Assembly (NCBI GenBank): GCA_964016885.1
Contig: OZ024740.1
Location: 103,044,001-103,108,000 of the forward strand
DNA from: Eledone cirrhosa
Lineage: Eukaryota
Reading direction: 5' to 3'
Length of the DNA: 64,000 bases
The notes beneath the pieces were generated by a model. That model saw nothing but the letters and a program-made list of their open reading frames with translations, searched no databases and was not told where the DNA came from. The translations under genes were made by a program, and so were the position numbers. Positions 57,420 through 64,000 of this stretch are shown in pieces. The stretch's first letter is position 1; each line of letters opens with the position of its first letter.

Positions 57420-58102
57420 ATTAAAATAACAGATTAAAGTTTAAGCAAATAATCGCTGCTTTCACCCTTAACGGGATCTTCTGAAACTAACAAAGTCAAT
57501 CTGTAAACGCAGTACTGGATATTTCAAAAAACGTTGCAACCGGAGGAAGACAGGAAGACGATACTTTGGTTCGTGGAAACGTTGGCTGGCAAAGAACGGG
57601 AAAAAACGAATAAGATACGTCATTAATAGGAGCGGTGAAAATTAATTACGCGCAAAGACAGAACCACGTTTATGGTATAAAAGAGGTCGTAGACTAATGT
57701 TCTCTTAGGTGGTTCATAGAGACGTTCTCTGGCAATGAACAGTAAAAACGAAGATAATACGTCATATGTGGAGCGTGGAGAACAAAGCACGCAAAGACAA
57801 AACCACGTAAATGGTATAGCAGAAGTCGTAGACTAAAATTCTAACTAGGAGACCGAATGATTCTCGGCTTCAGAGTTAAGAATAAAGTAAATAGAATACA
57901 GAGGTAATTGAAATTAAATAAATACATACACGCATCCATATACGTACATACACAAGCATACGCGAAAACACTCGCCATAGGTATACAAATACACGCACGT
58001 ACACACAAAAAAACTCCAAAAAAACCGCACGCATATACAGAACCCACGCAACGCCTGTTCTCGCACGCATACGAATGTATACACCAAATACACATAAAAA
58101 TC

Positions 58103-58183
<81 letters not shown>

Positions 58184-59262
58184 TGTGTGTGTGTGTGTGT
58201 GTGTGCGTGTATACATGTAATTAAATAAACGTATATAAATAAATAGATGCGTATATAACAAGCGCACACACATACCTACATGTAAATACACATATGTTCG
58301 GAGACGACGTCAACCAAAACACAAAGTACACATATACACACACCCTACATACGTACGAACCCGCATACTCACACAGACGCAAACTCACGTATACACATAA
58401 CCAAAAGCATATGTACCAGAATATATAATATATACGCCATAACATATACAATCAAATATACGTACGAGAAAGTATACGTACCTTCACAAAACATACAGGT
58501 AATATATACTTACCTATACAAATAAGTAATGGTATAAACATAACATATACTTAGCTACCACATCAAGACGTAAAATATCCGCGTATAGTTCGTACTATCC
58601 GTTAGGGTATAATGTGGGGCTGTAATACAGGAAAGTGTTGTGCAATTTATGTTTACAAGCCGAAATTGCCACAGATTTTTTGTTTAAGATGTGGTCTTTG
58701 GCGTAGAGTATTTCCAGGGCCTCAGCGGCGCAGAGGTCACATGGTCTTTTATTTCCGTTATACGATCTAGCCCTAGCTAGGATCTCCCAGTGTAACTTAT
58801 ATTGGGTGTGGTTGTCTTTTAGACTCCAGATATAAGCTGAAAGTGACGTCATATTCCTTCTTAAAGGGTTACGAAAAGAATGGGTATGCATGTAAAGACG
58901 CTGCTTGAATCTATTGGCGGTTAACCCTATGTAGGCTCTACGGGACGTGGGTGTTTCAACCTTACATTTGTAGACAATGCTACTAGAGAGGCATTTCCCG
59001 GATAGGGGGAAGTCAACCCGATTCATACAATTACAGTTAGTATTAACTACAGGGTTGCACGTTTTCCTACGGCTAGGTAGTTTAGCTAAATTTGAAGCTG
59101 TGATGTTGTGTGCAAGGTTAGGAGTCGTAGAGTAAGAAATTTTAATATTATTTCTATTAAAAATTTAATTATATTTATGTGTAAGGGGAAAATGTTTCAT
59201 AATAAGGGAGAGAAGATCTTAGCTAATGGTGTGGCCACCTCCATATTATATGGTGGGTTATA
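57420..59262 (-). mobile_element. PLE (Naiad-type) 3' fragment: GIY-YIG at 58595-59260 plus 3' region
   Basis: CNCMNRVDFPLSGKC..IVYKC..YIGLTANRFKQR..CDLCAAE..ILNKK..CKH. The 3' extent is inferred. Confidence 0.8.
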
Positions 59263-59912
<650 letters not shown>

Positions 59913-60292
59913 TTTTATATATAAACAAATTTACTTCCCTTCAGTCAAAAAGAACAATAAACAAGTTACCACGAGTTGCGAAGGTTGACAGTGTTATTTT
60001 GTTGTTGGTTCATGAGGCTGGTGTAGTCTGAGACAAGGAGAGAGAGAGTAATGGTCTGTAGACCTCTTCGGCCTGTAGTAGGCGGTGAATCTTTACATAG
60101 CTTGTAATAGCGTACTGCTCCGATCGCTCTGTGTGTTAGACGTGGGATCATACAGGCTTTATATACCTGTCACTTTCTGTCTCCCACCTTGGGGGGATCG
60201 TCTACGCATGAACCTGTCCACGCCGAAAAGGATGGTGATCTAGAATTTAACCCACAGGTGTCACCCAAGGTTCAAGGCGTGGACAGATTTCG

Positions 60293-60842
<550 letters not shown>

Positions 60843-61278
60843 GTTTATCCCGGGTTCAATCGGGGGTAACCACAATAAGTAAGGTACTCAATACAAAGCA
60901 GAGTATAAATATTTAATATAGAAAAGGCTTCTACAGGACTAGAACTGTTTCATTCTGGAGAAATCATCAGGATGCTGACTGTCCAAGTAATATGGTGGTA
61001 TTTATATCTTTTCTGGTGGTAGTAGTGGGTGGTGGTTGGGATGGGTGGAGGTCATTGGTTGATGGGTTTAAAGAAAAGGGAATTCTTCAAAAACTATATT
61101 TAGAGTAACAAAGCAGAAAGAATTCTATAGACAGGTTCACTCTGGGGTTCCACTCCTGATTTTTAAGGTTCACTTAAGTTAACAATGGCTATGTTCAGGT
61201 GTCTACAAACACATTCACGCACGCACATATATATAAAGCCCTCACTCCCACACACTCGCACAAATACAAACTCTTATA

Positions 61279-61332
<54 letters not shown>

Positions 61333-61452
61333 TACACACACATACACACATTTGTAATTATACTATGTAGTATATGTGTGATTATGTGTATGTGCACACT
61401 TAAGCGTAAGTGTGCGCGGGTGTGTCCGAACTTCTGTATGTCTGTGTTTAGT

Positions 61453-61492
<40 letters not shown>

Positions 61493-61838
61493 ATGTATGT
61501 ATATACACAAAACTTTGCAACTTTCAAATACCTTAAGCCAGTGTTAATGCCCGATGGCTAAAAACGGCTTCCCCTTTTTTTTTTTAAACGCCAGCCACAA
61601 AATAGCCCCTCTACCTCCTTCCCACCCCACCCCTACCCCTCTGCAAACTGAAACACCGCACTATGGTTATGTAAGTACCTCTTACCTATCTGTATTTTCT
61701 GCTTGTAGAGCTGTTTTTATGTGCCTGTGTATATGTGTATATTTATGAGTACATGTTTGTATGTATTTGTATGAGTGGCCGTTCGTTTGTATGCATATCG
61801 CTGTGTGTACGTGCGGGGCATGTTTGTGTATGTTTGTG

Positions 61839-62391
<553 letters not shown>

Positions 62392-63623
62392 CATGAAACA
62401 AAGTTCTGTTTAAATCATTTATTTGCTTACAATTGTTTCTTCCAAACCGAGGTTTGGTGTCTTCGGAGCAATTATTCAGTGATTTTTAACATACTTGACC
62501 TCCTTTTCAACACAAGAGACATATAGAAACATATGTATATATTGACCCACAGTGGGTTGACATCCATTATAATAATATAGCATGGTAATTTACATACAAA
62601 GATTACAGTCATATTAAAGGACAAAATTAAAGTTAAAATTAAAATTTAAAATTAAAATAAAACATTGGCAGTCTACTAAGATAAAGCAGGAGGATAGTTT
62701 GGAGTAGCCAGTGTATGCAACAGTCACACGTGTGGCATGCACACGTGTCCTATTTATAGAAGATTGTAGTGCGGCAGATTGTTACAAGTAAAACAAGCAG
62801 TCAAAGCAGGCAATCAAGAGCATCATGGGGGCTGTACTTGTAAAGCATTATTCACACACACCTGTACGATATAGAAGCCCGTGTGTGGAGAAACACCAAA
62901 AATATCAAAAATGAGAAGCAAAACAGCACCATTGTCCTCGTACACACCACCACTCTCACAATCCAGGAAACTCAATTTATAGACTACATGCCCATCTCAC
63001 AATCCACGATGATTCAACATTGGGTGCCTGGTGAACCATGCTAGGACATCGCAGCTTGTCGTTCTTTAATTCGATTCTATAGAGTAGGTTGTTTTTGTTG
63101 TGAGAGATGACATCGTATTATATTCCGGAAGTGTGTGTGTGATTAAGGGGAGTTAATGCGTAAGGGGAGGTAACTAGCTGATTTCTATAGCTAAATTTAT
63201 TATCCTAAAGTACATTAATGGTGTCTCAAATGAGTTCCTATCATATAAGGTTATAAACAATTTCTAAATTTAAGTATCTTATCTATAAATTACAGTGTAG
63301 TCTATCAAGAAGTACTAAAGGTGTTCATATTAGGATGATTACCTTCTATCCTAGAGTGCCCCCACCGAATATTCCACATGAAGAGTCAGATCTCCAAATC
63401 AATGATCTCTGTAAGTGTAGTCCACCCGCAGAACCTGGCAGGGTCTTATTAGAACCACTTCTATATATGACTCCTGGTAAGCTCTGGGTCATTGCATGTC
63501 TGATTGCATGGCAAAGTTAAATATCACTAGGGTAGTCCAGAGATCAATTCTCCCTTACAAAGACACTAATCTGACCATCAAGTCATACATGTATTTATAA
63601 CTCATACATCACCTGTACAAAAG

Positions 63624-64000
63624 TCATTGCACTCAGCATATAGATTATATAGCTCTTTTATGTTAATAAATTAATCACTTAATCTTCCATTTATCCAATG
63701 AAGCAGCAATCAATAGGGGCATACCTTACACCTCATCTCCACACCCATTAATCCACTTTAGCGCAAATAGTGACTTCCTCCTAGTACTTTTTACCCTAGA
63801 GATATCCCCATGTACTTCTACTTTTGGTATATTGGCCTTCAATTACTTAGACTACCTTACACCAATGTAAACTTTAAGCACGGTATTGGTTGTGCTAACA
63901 TTGTCCTGTGTATGTAGTGCCTTCATTGGATAAATGGAAGATTAAGTGATTAATTTATTAACATAAAAGAGCTATATAATCTATATGCTGAATGCAATGA
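63624..64000. repeat. Inverted repeat running off the window end
   Basis: 63624-63703 vs 63921-64000. Confidence 0.85.

Noticed and set aside
57445-57490. HHR in the pLTR of the 58.6-kb PLE (minus strand CAGAAGA..GAAA)
   Set aside because: Core mutated and stems I and III unclear; at most a decayed remnant.

Overview
Eukaryotic, AT-rich, extremely repeat-dense window. It is probably from a coleoid cephalopod such as octopus; this is inferred from the SINE types and the (TA)n/(CA)n/(CATA)n load. No host gene can be firmly called. Contents: an 8.3-kb heptamer satellite and trinucleotide arrays; a near-full-length decayed Tx1/L1-clade LINE; R4/Dong-, CRE- and RTE-type LINE fragments; one near-complete and several truncated Penelope-like elements (PLEs, mostly Naiad-type GIY-YIG); non-autonomous Helitrons, two of them the same two-part composite; a non-coding tRNA-Trp-primed LTR element plus a solo LTR; MITEs and tRNA-derived SINEs. 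The main signal not explained by the ORF track is a dense set of type I hammerhead ribozyme (HHR) motifs from several sequence families. They lie in short non-coding units inside (TA)n runs, as fold-back palindromes or as a 450-bp terminally redundant, retrozyme-like monomer. Also notable: an over-long primer-binding site with a substitution exactly at tRNA position 58 followed by a duplicated LTR end, and a Naiad-type copy with TGA at a conserved Cys plus a SECIS-like hairpin. All family assignments and RNA folds were made by eye from motifs; no search or folding program was run.
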